From an uncultured Bacillota bacterium (lineage in GTDB: Bacteria; Sysuimicrobiota; Sysuimicrobiia; Sysuimicrobiales; Segetimicrobiaceae), in the NCBI GenBank assembly GCA_963804645.1, contig CAWDRG010000017.1:416001-480000 (forward strand): a DNA stretch of 64,000 bases, read 5' to 3'. The translations under genes and the position numbers were made by a program. The notes beneath the pieces are model-generated. The model was not told the DNA's origin and did no database searches. It saw only the letters and a program-made list of their open reading frames with translations. Within the stretch, counting starts at the first letter, position 1; each line of letters opens with the position of its first letter. This document shows positions 10,452 through 20,557 of the stretch, piece after piece.

Positions 10452-11300
10452 ATGATTCGCCTGGGCATGTCGATTCGCGGGGGCGACGGACGACACGACG
10501 AGCTGACATTCGCCCGGCGGGTGGGCTACGACGCCGTGGAGATCAGCATGGACGGCACCGGCATGATCTTCGGCGGCCAGCTGCATCCCGACATGCTGCG
10601 GGCCGCCCTGGCCGACTTCGGCCGCCACGAGTTCTGGTACTCGCTCCACAGCCCGAGCAGCCTGGACCTGCGGGACCGTGCGAACCGCGACGCCCAGCTC
10701 GCGGTGGCCCGCGCCACCCTGCGATTTGCGCGCGAGGTGGGTGCCCGGATTCTGGTCATCCATTTCGAGCAGCGCAGCCCATCCCCCGAGGACGAAAGCG
10801 CGTTTGTCGAGGCCATCTGGCGGCTGTCCGACGACGCCGGGAGCGTGCTGCTCGGCATCGAAAACATCGAGGTCGAGCGGATGGAGCCGGTGATCGAGTG
10901 CGTCCGGCGTGTCAACCGGCCGAACGTCGTGATGACCCTGGACATCGGCCACGCGTACCTCGCGGCCGCGCAGTTCGGCTTCGACTTCTTCGAGGCGATC
11001 GGCGCGGCGGTGCCGCTCGTCCGGCATGTCCACATGAACGACAACTTCGGGCGCTACGACCCGCTGCGCCTGGAGAACTTCACCCTCTATCGCACGCAGA
11101 CCCCGGCGGACACGTTTCCCCTCGGGAAAGGGGATCTGCACCTGCCGGTCGGATGGGGCGCGATCCCCTTGGAGCAGGTGTTCGCCATGCTGAAGGGATA
11201 TCAGGGCACGGTGATCCACGAGTACCGGTCGCACCTGTTTCTTCCCTACGCCGAGACGGCCCAGCAGGCGGCGCGTCGTCTCGTCCAACTCCTCGGCTAG
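10452..11300 (+). CDS. Sugar phosphate isomerase/epimerase (xylose-isomerase-like TIM barrel)
   Basis: IENIE, TLDIGH, HVHMNDN, DLHLP, IHEY metal-ligand pattern; AGGGGG RBS before ATG 10452. Confidence 0.8.
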   Translation: MIRLGMSIRGGDGRHDELTFARRVGYDAVEISMDGTGMIFGGQLHPDMLRAALADFGRHEFWYSLHSPSSLDLRDRANRDAQLAVARATLRFAREVGARILVIHFEQRSPSPEDESAFVEAIWRLSDDAGSVLLGIENIEVERMEPVIECVRRVNRPNVVMTLDIGHAYLAAAQFGFDFFEAIGAAVPLVRHVHMNDNFGRYDPLRLENFTLYRTQTPADTFPLGKGDLHLPVGWGAIPLEQVFAMLKGYQGTVIHEYRSHLFLPYAETAQQAARRLVQLLG

Positions 11301-11564
11301 AACGGCCTGCCGCCCGTTCCGGACCGCCCGCAGCCATCCGGCCGCGGCGGCGCCGGTTCCGGCTCGGAGCCCAGGGGGATGCGACCATACGTTTGTGATC
11401 CCACGGCGACGAAAGAGCGAAACTTTGGAGGCTCCCCAAGGGACCGCGCGAGATGCCTCGAATCACCCGTACGGCACCATAGGAGGGGGTTCGCGGTTGA
11501 ACACGAACGTTCCAGACGATCTGCCCGTGCGACACGATCCACGAGTGGACTCGGAGGTGCGTAT

Positions 11565-12713
11565 ATGATCATGAAACACGCCACGCGAGCACGCGCAGTC
11601 GCACTGATCGTGGGAATCGCGGTCCTCGCGTTCCTAGTGGGGGTCAATCCCGGCGGGGCCGGCGCGCAGGCACCCGTGACGCTGAACGTCTACATCAGCG
11701 GCGACACGAACATCTTCGATCTGTGGCAGAAGATGCTGCTGCCAGCATTTCAGAAGCGCTATCCGCAGTACAAAGCGAACATGGTGCCGCTACTGCACGG
11801 GGAAGGCTCGCAGGGCGTCTTCGATAAGATCCTGGCCGCGAAGCAGTCGGGGCGCCAGACCGACGTCGATCTGTGGGAGACGCAGCCGTCATTCGTCACG
11901 CAGGGAATTCCCGACGCCCTGTGGGTCAAGCTGGGGTCGAACCTGATCCCGAATCTGAGTCACGTCCTGCAGCAGAAGCTGGACGCCACGCAAAGCTACA
12001 GCATGCCCTACCGCGGATCGTCCGTCGTAGTCGCGTACAATTCGGCGTTCGTCAAGACCCCCCCGAAGACGTTCGACGACCTGGTCGCGTGGATCAAGGC
12101 GAACCCCGGCAAATTCACGTACTGTGACCCCAACACGGGCGGATCCGGCCAGGCGTTCATGGTGGCCGCCGTGTACAAGTACGCATCGGACGCGCAGTTC
12201 ATCGGGAGCTCCTACGACCCGAAAGCGGAGTCCTCTTGGGACGCCGCCTGGCAGCTGCTGAAGTCGCTCGAGCCCGCGATGTACAATGGCGGCGCCCATC
12301 CGAACGGTAATGTCGCGGTGCTGCAGCTGCTCGCCCAGCAGAACATCTACATCGCGCCCGTGTGGTCCGACATGGGCACCGACTATCTGAGCCGCGGCTT
12401 GCTGCCGAAGACCGTGAAGCTCGAGCAGCTCAGCCCGCCGCTGTTCGGCGGCGACTCCACGGTGACGGCCCCCGCCAGTTCGGCCCATCTCGAGGGGACC
12501 TTCCTGCTGCTGAACTGGCTGCTGACGCCTGACGCGCAGACGCTCGTGGTCAACGGCGTCTCCGGGTATCCGGGGGTCGATTGGCAGTACATGCCCGCGA
12601 GCGTCCGCTCGAAGTTCGCGGATGTCGCGAAGCCGTACGCGCCGCTCCCGAACTCGCAGTACTTCGCCGACATGCTGCGCTTGTGGCACGAGCGTGTCGC
12701 CGGGGGCGGCTAA
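11565..12713 (+). CDS. ABC transporter extracellular solute-binding protein (PotD/family 1-like)
   Basis: Signal peptide ending AGA-QA, PKTFDDL, YCDPNTGGSG, NWLLTPDAQ; GGAGG RBS. Confidence 0.85.
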   Translation: MIMKHATRARAVALIVGIAVLAFLVGVNPGGAGAQAPVTLNVYISGDTNIFDLWQKMLLPAFQKRYPQYKANMVPLLHGEGSQGVFDKILAAKQSGRQTDVDLWETQPSFVTQGIPDALWVKLGSNLIPNLSHVLQQKLDATQSYSMPYRGSSVVVAYNSAFVKTPPKTFDDLVAWIKANPGKFTYCDPNTGGSGQAFMVAAVYKYASDAQFIGSSYDPKAESSWDAAWQLLKSLEPAMYNGGAHPNGNVAVLQLLAQQNIYIAPVWSDMGTDYLSRGLLPKTVKLEQLSPPLFGGDSTVTAPASSAHLEGTFLLLNWLLTPDAQTLVVNGVSGYPGVDWQYMPASVRSKFADVAKPYAPLPNSQYFADMLRLWHERVAGGG

Positions 12714-12753
12714 TCGTCACTCGTTCGCAGTCTCCGCAGGGACGGTAGGCCGC

Positions 12754-13599
12754 GTGCGCGCGGGATGGAAGCAGGGAGCACTGGGGCTCGCCCTGGTGCT
12801 CCCTCCGCTTTGTGTGCTGCTGTTCTTGGTGGTGATCCCGGCGATCACGGCGGTCGTGACGACGCTCACCGCGCGCGCGGCGGGGACCAGCTTGCTCTCG
12901 AACTACGCCGAGGTGCTCGGCACCCGAGGGCTCCGGGCGGACATCACCTACACGGTCGTGGTCACGCTCGTGGCCGTCAGCGTGACGTTTCTGCTGAGCT
13001 ATCCGCTCGCCCTGTATCTCCGGTTCACGCGCAGCCGAGCCGTGGGATTTTTGGGCGTGCTGTTCATGGTGCCGCTGTTCGTTCCCGTGGTGATCACCTC
13101 GTATGCGATGATCAACTTTCTGGTAAGCCACGGCTTCGTCTCGACGATCCTGTACCGCCTCGGGATCCAGACGTTCCCCCGGCTGATGTACAACGCGACC
13201 GGCATCGTGCTGACCCAGGTCTGGGCGAGCATTCCGTTTGCGGTCCTCATCCTCGGCTCCGGGCTGCAGTCCATCGACGACGCCCTCATCGACAGCGCTC
13301 GGGACGTCGGCGCCGGCGCGCTGCGAACGTTCTTCGCGGTGATCCTGCCGCTCAACATGACGTCGACCATGATCACGCTGACCCTCCTCTTCATCGGCAT
13401 CTTCGGCTCTTTCACGATCCCCTTTCTCGTCGGCGGCAACGCGCCGCAGATGCTGGGGGTCACCATGACGGCCTACCTGACGCAGTATCTGCGCCGCACT
13501 GAGTCGGTCACGATGGCGGTGATCGCCTTTCTCATCGCCGCGATCGTCGGGGCGGTGTACATCGCGAGCGTCAGCCGCCGCGAGCGGGGCACCCGATGA
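12754..13599 (+). CDS. ABC transporter permease (PotB-like)
   Basis: Multiple TM helices, EAA-loop variant DSARDVGAG; start (GTG 12754) approximate. Confidence 0.85.
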   Translation: MRAGWKQGALGLALVLPPLCVLLFLVVIPAITAVVTTLTARAAGTSLLSNYAEVLGTRGLRADITYTVVVTLVAVSVTFLLSYPLALYLRFTRSRAVGFLGVLFMVPLFVPVVITSYAMINFLVSHGFVSTILYRLGIQTFPRLMYNATGIVLTQVWASIPFAVLILGSGLQSIDDALIDSARDVGAGALRTFFAVILPLNMTSTMITLTLLFIGIFGSFTIPFLVGGNAPQMLGVTMTAYLTQYLRRTESVTMAVIAFLIAAIVGAVYIASVSRRERGTR

Positions 13600-14423
13600 G
13601 CGGGTCCCAGTGGTTTCAGGCGGTCCGCGTGCTGAGAAAAACAATCGGGCTCGGCGCCCTCCTCGCGTTGGCGGCGTTCATCCTCGGCCCGCTGTTGAGC
13701 CTGCTGATGTGGGCGGTCGCCGGGACGTGGCTATTCCCCGCGCTGATCCCGGAGTTCTCGCTTAAGTGGTGGTTCTACGTCCTCGGGCAAGACGACGTCG
13801 TCAAGTCCATCCGCATGAGCGTCGAGAGCGCGCCCGTCGCGACGGCGCTGTCCGCGCTGATCTGCATTCCCGCCGCCTATGCGTTCGCGCGGCTCGAATT
13901 TCCGGGGCGGCGCGTGCTGCTGCTGTCGTTCCTGAGCGCCAACGCCTTCCCGAAGATCGGCCTGTACGTCAGCATCGCGACGCTGTTCTACCGGCTCAAC
14001 CTGATGGATACGTTCGCCGGGGTCGTCATGATCCAGCTGATCAACACGCTGCTGTTCATGATCTGGATCCCGACGGGGACGTTCCGCGGGATCAACCGGA
14101 ACCTCGAAGAGGCCGCCCGGGATGCCGGGGCGGGACCGCTCCGGACGTTCTTCCAGATTACGCTCCCGATCGCGCTGCCGGGTCTGATCGTCGCCGCGCT
14201 GTTCGCATTCATCGCCGCGTTCGACGAGGCGCAGGGGTCGCTGATCGTGGGCACGCCGAACCACATCACGATGCCGGTCCTGATGTACGGCCTCGTCCTG
14301 GGCTACCCCCAGCCGGTCGGGGCGGTGTTCTCGGTGCTGCTCGCCCTCCCCTCGCTCGTCCTGCTACTCTTGATGCAGCGGTACCTCCGGGCCGGCTATC
14401 TCGCGGCCGGATACAACCTCTAA
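13596..14423 (+). CDS. ABC transporter permease (PotC-like)
   Basis: LEEAARDAGAG EAA loop; ATGA overlap. Confidence 0.88.
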   Translation: MSGSQWFQAVRVLRKTIGLGALLALAAFILGPLLSLLMWAVAGTWLFPALIPEFSLKWWFYVLGQDDVVKSIRMSVESAPVATALSALICIPAAYAFARLEFPGRRVLLLSFLSANAFPKIGLYVSIATLFYRLNLMDTFAGVVMIQLINTLLFMIWIPTGTFRGINRNLEEAARDAGAGPLRTFFQITLPIALPGLIVAALFAFIAAFDEAQGSLIVGTPNHITMPVLMYGLVLGYPQPVGAVFSVLLALPSLVLLLLMQRYLRAGYLAAGYNL

Positions 14424-14438
14424 CCGCGGGGGGAGCCC

Positions 14439-15521
14439 ATGGCGCGCCTGTCGCTGGAACACCTGACGAAACGCTTCGGCACCCAGGCCGCCGTGCACGA
14501 CGTCACCCTCGAAGTCCAGGACGGGGAGCTGATGTGCCTGCTGGGCCCGTCGGGGTGCGGCAAGACCACGACGCTCCGGATGATCGGCGGGTTCGCGGCG
14601 CCGGATTCCGGGGACATCCAGATCGACGGCCGCAGCGTCGTCGATCTGCCGCCCGAGCGGCGTCCCACCGCGATGGTGTTCCAGCGCTACAACCTGTGGC
14701 CGCACATGACGGTGGAGCAGAACATCGCGTTCGGCCTCCGCATCCGCCGGCTGGAGCGCGCCGCGATCGCGCGCCAGGTCCAGGAGGCGCTGGCGCTCGT
14801 CGGCCTCCCCGGCAGTGGCCAGAAATACCCCCATCAACTGTCCGGCGGGGAACAGCAGCGCGTCGCGGTCGCCCGCGCCCTCGTCCTGGAACCGCAGATC
14901 CTCCTGCTCGACGAGCCGTTCAGCAATCTCGATGCGCGGCTGCGGGTGCGGATGCGCGAGGAGGTCAAGCAGCTGCAGCGCAAGGTCGGGATCACAACCG
15001 TGTTCGTCACGCACGACCAGGAAGAGGCGCTGACGATCGCGGACCGCATCGCGGTCATGCACGCGGGCGTGCTGCAGCAGGTGGACACGCCCTCCGCGCT
15101 GTACGAGTACCCGCGCACGCTGTTCGTGGCGGACTTCATCGGCACGATGAACCTGCTCCCGGCGACGGCGCAGGCCGGCGGCACGCTGGCCGCCGGTCCG
15201 TGGCGCCTCCCGATCGACGGGCGGGGCTGGCCGGACGGAACCCAGGCCACGGTCGCGGTGCGGCCGGAGGACCTCGCCGTCGACGCCGCCGGCGCGCCCA
15301 TGCAGATTCGGCGCGTGATCAACCTCGGGCACTACCTGCAGGTGCTGCTCGACTGTCCCGGCGTCGGCGAGCTGCGGATGTTCACGCCGAAGGACGCCGC
15401 GCTGACCGAGGGCGCGCCCGTGTCCGTGCGGCTCGTGCGCGCGCTCGCGTTCCGCGATTCGGAGATGATCGAGATCGGTGGACCGATGCGGCCGGCGGTC
15501 GCCGCACCCGACGCGCGGTGA
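14439..15521 (+). CDS. ABC transporter ATP-binding protein (PotA-like, TOBE domain)
   Basis: GPSGCGKT, LSGGEQQR, LLLDEP, VTHDQEEA. Confidence 0.93.
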   Translation: MARLSLEHLTKRFGTQAAVHDVTLEVQDGELMCLLGPSGCGKTTTLRMIGGFAAPDSGDIQIDGRSVVDLPPERRPTAMVFQRYNLWPHMTVEQNIAFGLRIRRLERAAIARQVQEALALVGLPGSGQKYPHQLSGGEQQRVAVARALVLEPQILLLDEPFSNLDARLRVRMREEVKQLQRKVGITTVFVTHDQEEALTIADRIAVMHAGVLQQVDTPSALYEYPRTLFVADFIGTMNLLPATAQAGGTLAAGPWRLPIDGRGWPDGTQATVAVRPEDLAVDAAGAPMQIRRVINLGHYLQVLLDCPGVGELRMFTPKDAALTEGAPVSVRLVRALAFRDSEMIEIGGPMRPAVAAPDAR

Positions 15522-15581
15522 CCGGCACACGACCTCCAGCGACTCCGCCCGCTCGCCCGTGAACACCCGCTTCGGCCGGCC

Positions 15582-16862
15582 GTGACGATCGACGTCGCGG
15601 CGCAGCATACATTTACCCTGGACGCCGACGGCGAAGCCTGGGCCGCGCCGACGCTCGCCGCGCCCGGGACATCGTGGGAGCGCGGGGCGGCGGCCGTCGT
15701 GATCCTCGAAGTCGACGGCCGGCGCCGGCAGGACCTGGTGGTCGCCGGCGGCGCCGAGCCGACCGAATACCTTCGGTCCCTCGGACGACTCACGCGGGGA
15801 CCGCACGTCCTGCGGCTCGAGGTCGACCGCCGCGCCGCGGTCCCGCCGACCGGCGGAGTGGAGCTCCTCGGCCTCCGCACCGGCGGAGTCGCCGACGAAG
15901 ACCCGTCCGCCCCGATCTGGGCGTCCACCCCAATCCTCTACTACCGACACGATGCCGGACTGCCCGACGGGGTCGTCACCGATACGCCGCTGCTCCTGTT
16001 CTACCGCGCGGTCGCGTCCCCGGCCGCGCCGGACTCCTCGCGCCCGGGCCTCGAGTATCACGTCGTCTTCTCGCACGAGGATGCCGGCACCGATCTGACC
16101 GGACTGCTGGCCAAGTGGGGCCACACGACGGACATCGAGTGGATCTACCGGGTGGAGTGGAACGACTCCGGCGGCATCGCACGTGAGGAGTATCAAGGCC
16201 GCGGCCACCGTACGCTCCCGTTCCGCGGAGCGCGTGCGTGGGGCGTGCATCCGGTGCTGCAGGTGACCGGCCGGCACGGCATGGTGACGGACCGCGTGGA
16301 TGGGACCCGGCGGGTCGCGCTCGCGCCCGCCCTTGCGCAGCCCGAGGACGAGCCGCGCGAAGGCGTGCTGCAGCGCTTTCCGTGGGTCTACCGGGTGAGC
16401 GCGCTCGAAGTCCTCCGCCAGGTGGCGTTGGAACAGACCCCCGACCCGTCGAGCCCCGCGCCGGCCGACCTCCGGGGATATCTGTTCCTCCACTGGAAGC
16501 GCCGCCCGGGGGCGTCGCAGCCGCTCGAAGCCGGCGTCCGGATCGGGGGGTGCTGGTACACATCCGCGTGGGGCCGCCCCGATCTCGCGTTCGGCGGGGC
16601 GGACGCCGAGAGCACCGCGGTCAAACTTCCCCCCGGCGCCGACGACGCGGCCATCGACGCCATCGCCGTGCGGGCCGTCTCGCCCGTCGCGGTCCCGATC
16701 GACGCCACCCTTGTGCGCGCGTTTCGGTTGGACGACCGCTACCTGCCGGGGAGCGCACTCGCCGCGCGCGGCGCGGTTCGGATCACCGAGCCCCACACGT
16801 GGGCCGTCGCCTGGGAACGGACCGGCGAGCCTCCCCAGCCCCGGCGCACGGACGCCGGCTGA
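15582..16862 (+). CDS. Hypothetical protein at the end of the ABC operon
   Basis: 426-aa ORF with genome-typical codon use and an enzyme-like core FSHEDAGT..KWGHTTDIEWIYRV. The real start may be GTG 15518 (GTGA overlap, one base out of frame). Confidence 0.7.
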   Translation: MTIDVAAQHTFTLDADGEAWAAPTLAAPGTSWERGAAAVVILEVDGRRRQDLVVAGGAEPTEYLRSLGRLTRGPHVLRLEVDRRAAVPPTGGVELLGLRTGGVADEDPSAPIWASTPILYYRHDAGLPDGVVTDTPLLLFYRAVASPAAPDSSRPGLEYHVVFSHEDAGTDLTGLLAKWGHTTDIEWIYRVEWNDSGGIAREEYQGRGHRTLPFRGARAWGVHPVLQVTGRHGMVTDRVDGTRRVALAPALAQPEDEPREGVLQRFPWVYRVSALEVLRQVALEQTPDPSSPAPADLRGYLFLHWKRRPGASQPLEAGVRIGGCWYTSAWGRPDLAFGGADAESTAVKLPPGADDAAIDAIAVRAVSPVAVPIDATLVRAFRLDDRYLPGSALAARGAVRITEPHTWAVAWERTGEPPQPRRTDAG

Positions 16863-16886
16863 CGGACGCCGGCCCGGGCACCCGCG

Positions 16887-17348
16887 TCACCCGCGCGGGC
16901 GCTGAACGATGCGCAGGCGCGACGGCGGGTACCCGTCGGGGTCCACCACCCGCACGAAGACGTCGGTCGTCCCCTCGCCCACGCATCGCCACCGCAGCGC
17001 CGCGACCGGGATCCCCACGGCCGGAGACGTCTGCGCGCCGGCAGCCTCCGCCCGGACGAGCGTCGCCTGAACGCGGCCGCTCGCGATCGTGACGTCGAGG
17101 GTCACCGTCGGGCCGCCGGCCGTCGGCGGCGCGAGCGCAATGCAGTAGAGCATGCGCGGATCAAACACAACCTCCACCGTACACCGCGCCGGCCCGTCGC
17201 GGAACGCCTCGCCGAGATACAGGCCGGTCTGAAACGTCGTGCCGATCGTGACGCCGCCCGGGTCGGCGAGCCAGGCTCCCGGCGCTGAGCGCGGCGGACT
17301 ACCGTCCGGCGCCACGGAGGCCGCGGCCCGCACGAGGCGCCGGCGCAC
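16887..17348 (-). CDS. Hypothetical (possibly exported) protein downstream of uvrC
   Basis: 153-aa ORF filling the gap. ATG 17379 would give a signal-like N-terminus but is one base out of frame. Confidence 0.5.
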   Translation of the reverse strand: MRRRLVRAAASVAPDGSPPRSAPGAWLADPGGVTIGTTFQTGLYLGEAFRDGPARCTVEVVFDPRMLYCIALAPPTAGGPTVTLDVTIASGRVQATLVRAEAAGAQTSPAVGIPVAALRWRCVGEGTTDVFVRVVDPDGYPPSRLRIVQRPRG

Positions 17349-17393
17349 CCGGGGCGATCAGACGGCACGCCGACCGCATGACGTCGTGCCCGA

Positions 17394-19325
17394 CTACGCC
17401 GGGTGCTCCGCGAGAAACGTGTGAATCCGCTCCGCCACCTTGCGTCCGATTCCCTCAACCGCCGCGATGTCGTCCACCGTCGCGGTCCGGACGTTGCGGA
17501 CCGAGCCGAACCGGCGGATCAGCGCCCGCTTCCGCCGCTCGCCGACGCCCGGAATCTCATCCAGCGCGGAAAACACGATCCGGCGCTGCCGCAGCATCTG
17601 GTGATACGCGTTGGCGAAGCGGTGCGCCTCGTCGCGCAGGCGCTGGAGCAGCTGCAGCGCCTGTGACTCGCGGGGCAGCGCGATGGGCTCGGAGAGATCG
17701 GGGACGTAGATCAGCTCCTGCTGCTTGGCCAGCGCGATCGAGGGAATCGCGTGGTTGTATTCAAACAAGACCTCCCGCGCCGCCCCGAGCTGCCCGCGGC
17801 CGCCGTCGAGGACGATGAGGTCGGGCAGGACCGCCCACTTCACGGGAATCGGTTCGTCGCGGTCGAGACGCTCCTGCTCCTGCCGCGCCTGGGCGAACCG
17901 GCGGCCGAGCACTTCGCGCATCATCGCGACGTCATCGGGTCCCTCCGCGTACTTCATCCGAAACCGGCGGTAGTCGCGCTTCTTCGGCCGGCCGCCCTCC
18001 GCCACGACGAGCGAGGCCACCGATTCGCCGCCCTGGAAATTGCTGATGTCGTAGCACTCGATGCGGACCGGCGGGGTCTCCAGGCCCAAGACGTGCGCCA
18101 GCTCACGCGCGCCCGGCCCGACTTCATCGCCCCGGCGGGCGCGCTCCTGTGACAGCTGCAGCGCCGCGTTCTCGCGGGCCATCTCGACGAGACGCACCCG
18201 CTCGCCGCGCTGCGGCTGGACGATCGCGACGCGGCCGCCCCGACGCTCCGCGAGCCACCGCTCGATCACTTCGCGGTCCGGGATCGGCTCCGGGACCAGG
18301 ATCTGCGGGGGCGGCGTCGACGACGCCTCGTAAAACTGCGTGAGAAACGCCGACAGCGTCTCGCCGGACGGCACGCCGCGCGTGCCCTTCAGCATCACGT
18401 GCTCCTGCCCGACGAGGCGCCCGGCCCGGACGAAAAAGATCTGGACGCACCCGTCGTCCCCCTCTTGGGCGAGCGCGACGATATCCCGATCCTCCTCGCC
18501 GGCGGAGACGATCCGCTGCTTCTCTCCGAGCGCCTCCAGGCCGCGCAGCTGGTCCCGCAGCTGGGCCGCGCGCTCGAAGTCGAGCGCCGCGGCGGCCGCC
18601 TCCATCTGGGTGCGCAGGTCGTCGAGCAGGCGGTCCTGCTTGCCCTCGAGGAACGCGCCCGCCTGCGCGACCTGCTCGGCGTACTGCTCGGGGGTCGCGC
18701 CCCACGCGACGCACGGGGCGCTGCATTGGCCGATGTAGTAGTCGAGACACGGCCGGGGCAGATTGTGCTCGATCTCCAGATTGCACGTCCGCAGCTTGAA
18801 CTGGCGCCGGATCAGCCGGATCGTCCGTCCCACGAGCTTCGGCTCGTGGTACGGGTACGGACCGAAGTACTTCGCGCCGTCTCGGGCGACCTTGCGGGTC
18901 ATGACGATCTTCGGGTAGGGCTCGTTCGTCAGCTTCAGATACGGGTAGGCCTTGTCGTCGGCCATCCGCACGTTGTACCACGGGCGGTGGCGCTTGATCA
19001 GCGTCGCCTCGAGGATCAGCGCCTCGACCTCGTTCGCGCAGACGACGGTCTCGAAGTCGCGGATCTTTGAGACCAGGTGAAGGATCCGCGGGTTGTCGGT
19101 GTGGCCCGGCTGAAAGTACTGCCGCACACGGCCCCGCAGCGACGTCGCTTTGCCGACGTAGATCACCCGGCCCGCGCCGTCGCGCATTAGATACACGCCG
19201 GGCTGATCGGGAAGCGCCGCGAGCTTCTCGTGCAGGCCGGCGACGCCGTCGGCGGCCGCGTCCAGCGGCATCGAACCCGGCGCGGCTTCATGCGCAGCTG
19301 CGGCCGCTGGATTGTGCTCGGTCAT
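17394..19325 (-). CDS. uvrC: Excinuclease ABC subunit C
   Basis: LPDQPGVYLM..YVGKA (GIY-YIG), IECYDISN, LDGGRGQ, LRDEAHRFA, HhH; start ATG 19325 or GTG 19328. Confidence 0.97.
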   Translation of the reverse strand: MTEHNPAAAAAHEAAPGSMPLDAAADGVAGLHEKLAALPDQPGVYLMRDGAGRVIYVGKATSLRGRVRQYFQPGHTDNPRILHLVSKIRDFETVVCANEVEALILEATLIKRHRPWYNVRMADDKAYPYLKLTNEPYPKIVMTRKVARDGAKYFGPYPYHEPKLVGRTIRLIRRQFKLRTCNLEIEHNLPRPCLDYYIGQCSAPCVAWGATPEQYAEQVAQAGAFLEGKQDRLLDDLRTQMEAAAAALDFERAAQLRDQLRGLEALGEKQRIVSAGEEDRDIVALAQEGDDGCVQIFFVRAGRLVGQEHVMLKGTRGVPSGETLSAFLTQFYEASSTPPPQILVPEPIPDREVIERWLAERRGGRVAIVQPQRGERVRLVEMARENAALQLSQERARRGDEVGPGARELAHVLGLETPPVRIECYDISNFQGGESVASLVVAEGGRPKKRDYRRFRMKYAEGPDDVAMMREVLGRRFAQARQEQERLDRDEPIPVKWAVLPDLIVLDGGRGQLGAAREVLFEYNHAIPSIALAKQQELIYVPDLSEPIALPRESQALQLLQRLRDEAHRFANAYHQMLRQRRIVFSALDEIPGVGERRKRALIRRFGSVRNVRTATVDDIAAVEGIGRKVAERIHTFLAEHPA

Positions 19326-19748
19326 CACCCGTTCATTATACTCGCGGAGCGCCGGACTCCCAAGCCCGCTCCCCGCCCTGTGCCGCACACGGGACTCCGC
19401 TTCACGCTGACGGTCAGGTTCGGCACAACCCGAGCACGCGTGACTTTCCGTCGTGATCGGATCGAGGACCCCGCCGCGCATCGAGTACGATGGCGCGCTG
19501 AACGTCGGCATGCACTCGTCACCATCGTCCGCCACGAACATCGCACGAGTCACGCGAGATCGGTAGATCGTCGGACACATCCGCCCGTGTCTTCCCCACG
19601 TACTCGGCCGTCGCCCCCCTGTGGTACTTTGCACAGTCTTCCACGCTGTGTCATGCTACGCTTTTTGTACGCGAGTTCGACACGCGTATGGCGAGGAAAC
19701 ACCGGACCCAGAGTTCGGCAAAATTCGAGACGAAAGGAGGACACACCA

Positions 19749-19898
19749 ATGTTGTGGACAGTCTGCGTGGTGCTGGTCGTATTATGGCTGCTCGGATTCA
19801 GCCTCCACGTCGGGGGCGGCCTGATTCACTTGCTGCTGCTCCTCGCGGTGGTCGTCCTGGTCTTCAACTTGTTGACCGGTGGCAGGGCGTTTGCGTAG
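19749..19898 (+). CDS. lmo0937-family small membrane protein (49 aa)
   Basis: MLWTVCVVLVVLWLLGFSLHVGGGLIHLLLLLAVVVLVFNLLTG; AAAGGAGG RBS. Confidence 0.88.
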   Translation: MLWTVCVVLVVLWLLGFSLHVGGGLIHLLLLLAVVVLVFNLLTGGRAFA

Positions 19899-19978
19899 AC
19901 CGCTCGATGAGGGGAACAACGTCGGTCGGATCAAGGATTAAGGTAGGCACTGGGTACCAACGAGAGGAGGTCGACGCG

Positions 19979-20197
19979 ATGAACAAAGATCAACTCGGCG
20001 GGAAGCAGCGGCAACTCCGCGGGGCCGTTAAGAAGCAGTGGGGAAAGCTCACGAACGATAAGCGGAATCAACGGGCGGGCAAGACGGACCAGGTAGTCGG
20101 CAAGATCCAGGAGCAGTACGGCGATCTGCGCGCGGGGGTCGCACGACGCCTGGACGCGGTCGACAAGACCGTGGCGTCAAAGAACCGCTCGCGGTAG
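19979..20197 (+). CDS. CsbD-family stress protein
   Basis: MNKDQLGGKQRQLRGAVKKQWGKLT..GKIQEQYG; GAGGAGG RBS. Confidence 0.88.
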   Translation: MNKDQLGGKQRQLRGAVKKQWGKLTNDKRNQRAGKTDQVVGKIQEQYGDLRAGVARRLDAVDKTVASKNRSR

Positions 20198-20201
20198 CGA
20201 C

Positions 20202-20457
20202 CGGAGGGTGCGCAGGCTGTTGTCCAGAACGTCGGCGCTTCGTTCGAGCGCAGCCGGAATCGCGCGGGTCCGGTCGCAGCCCGTGAGTGAGCAGGGGTGT
20301 AGACCGCCGGCGCGAACAGGTGGGCGGGCTTACCTCGAACAGGAGGCGTGCGCCGAATCGCACCCCGTCCCGGGGCGAAGACGGATCGGTACCCACCGAT
20401 CACCTGAGCATGCAGGTGTGCGGGTCACCGCGGCCGTCATGATCGTGCGCGTCTCCG
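20202..20457 (+). ncRNA. Candidate structured non-coding RNA (nested long hairpin, weakly 6S-like)
   Basis: Nested pairings: 20202-14/20446-57, 20266-75/20384-94, 20294-99/20361-66, 20308-13/20350-55. No credible CDS in the region. Confidence 0.2.
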
Positions 20458-20484
20458 CGGCCACCGTGCTGCGGCACCATCCGC

Positions 20485-20519
20485 GTGTACTTGTCCCCAT
20501 GCATGGGGTAACGTACACT
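20485..20519 (+). promoter_or_regulatory. Sigma70-type promoter with a palindromic operator in the spacer
   Basis: TTGTCC-N17-TACACT; perfect palindrome CCCCATGCATGGGG (20495-20508) flanked by GTGTAC/GTACAC. Confidence 0.55.
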
Positions 20520-20557
20520 GGAGTGGAGTCTCAGAACGACACCGGGCCGGAGTTGCG

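Noticed and set aside
19935..19957. SigB promoter for csbD (GATTAA...GGGTAC)
   Set aside because: The spacer is only 10 bp, shorter than consensus; kept only as a supporting remark.
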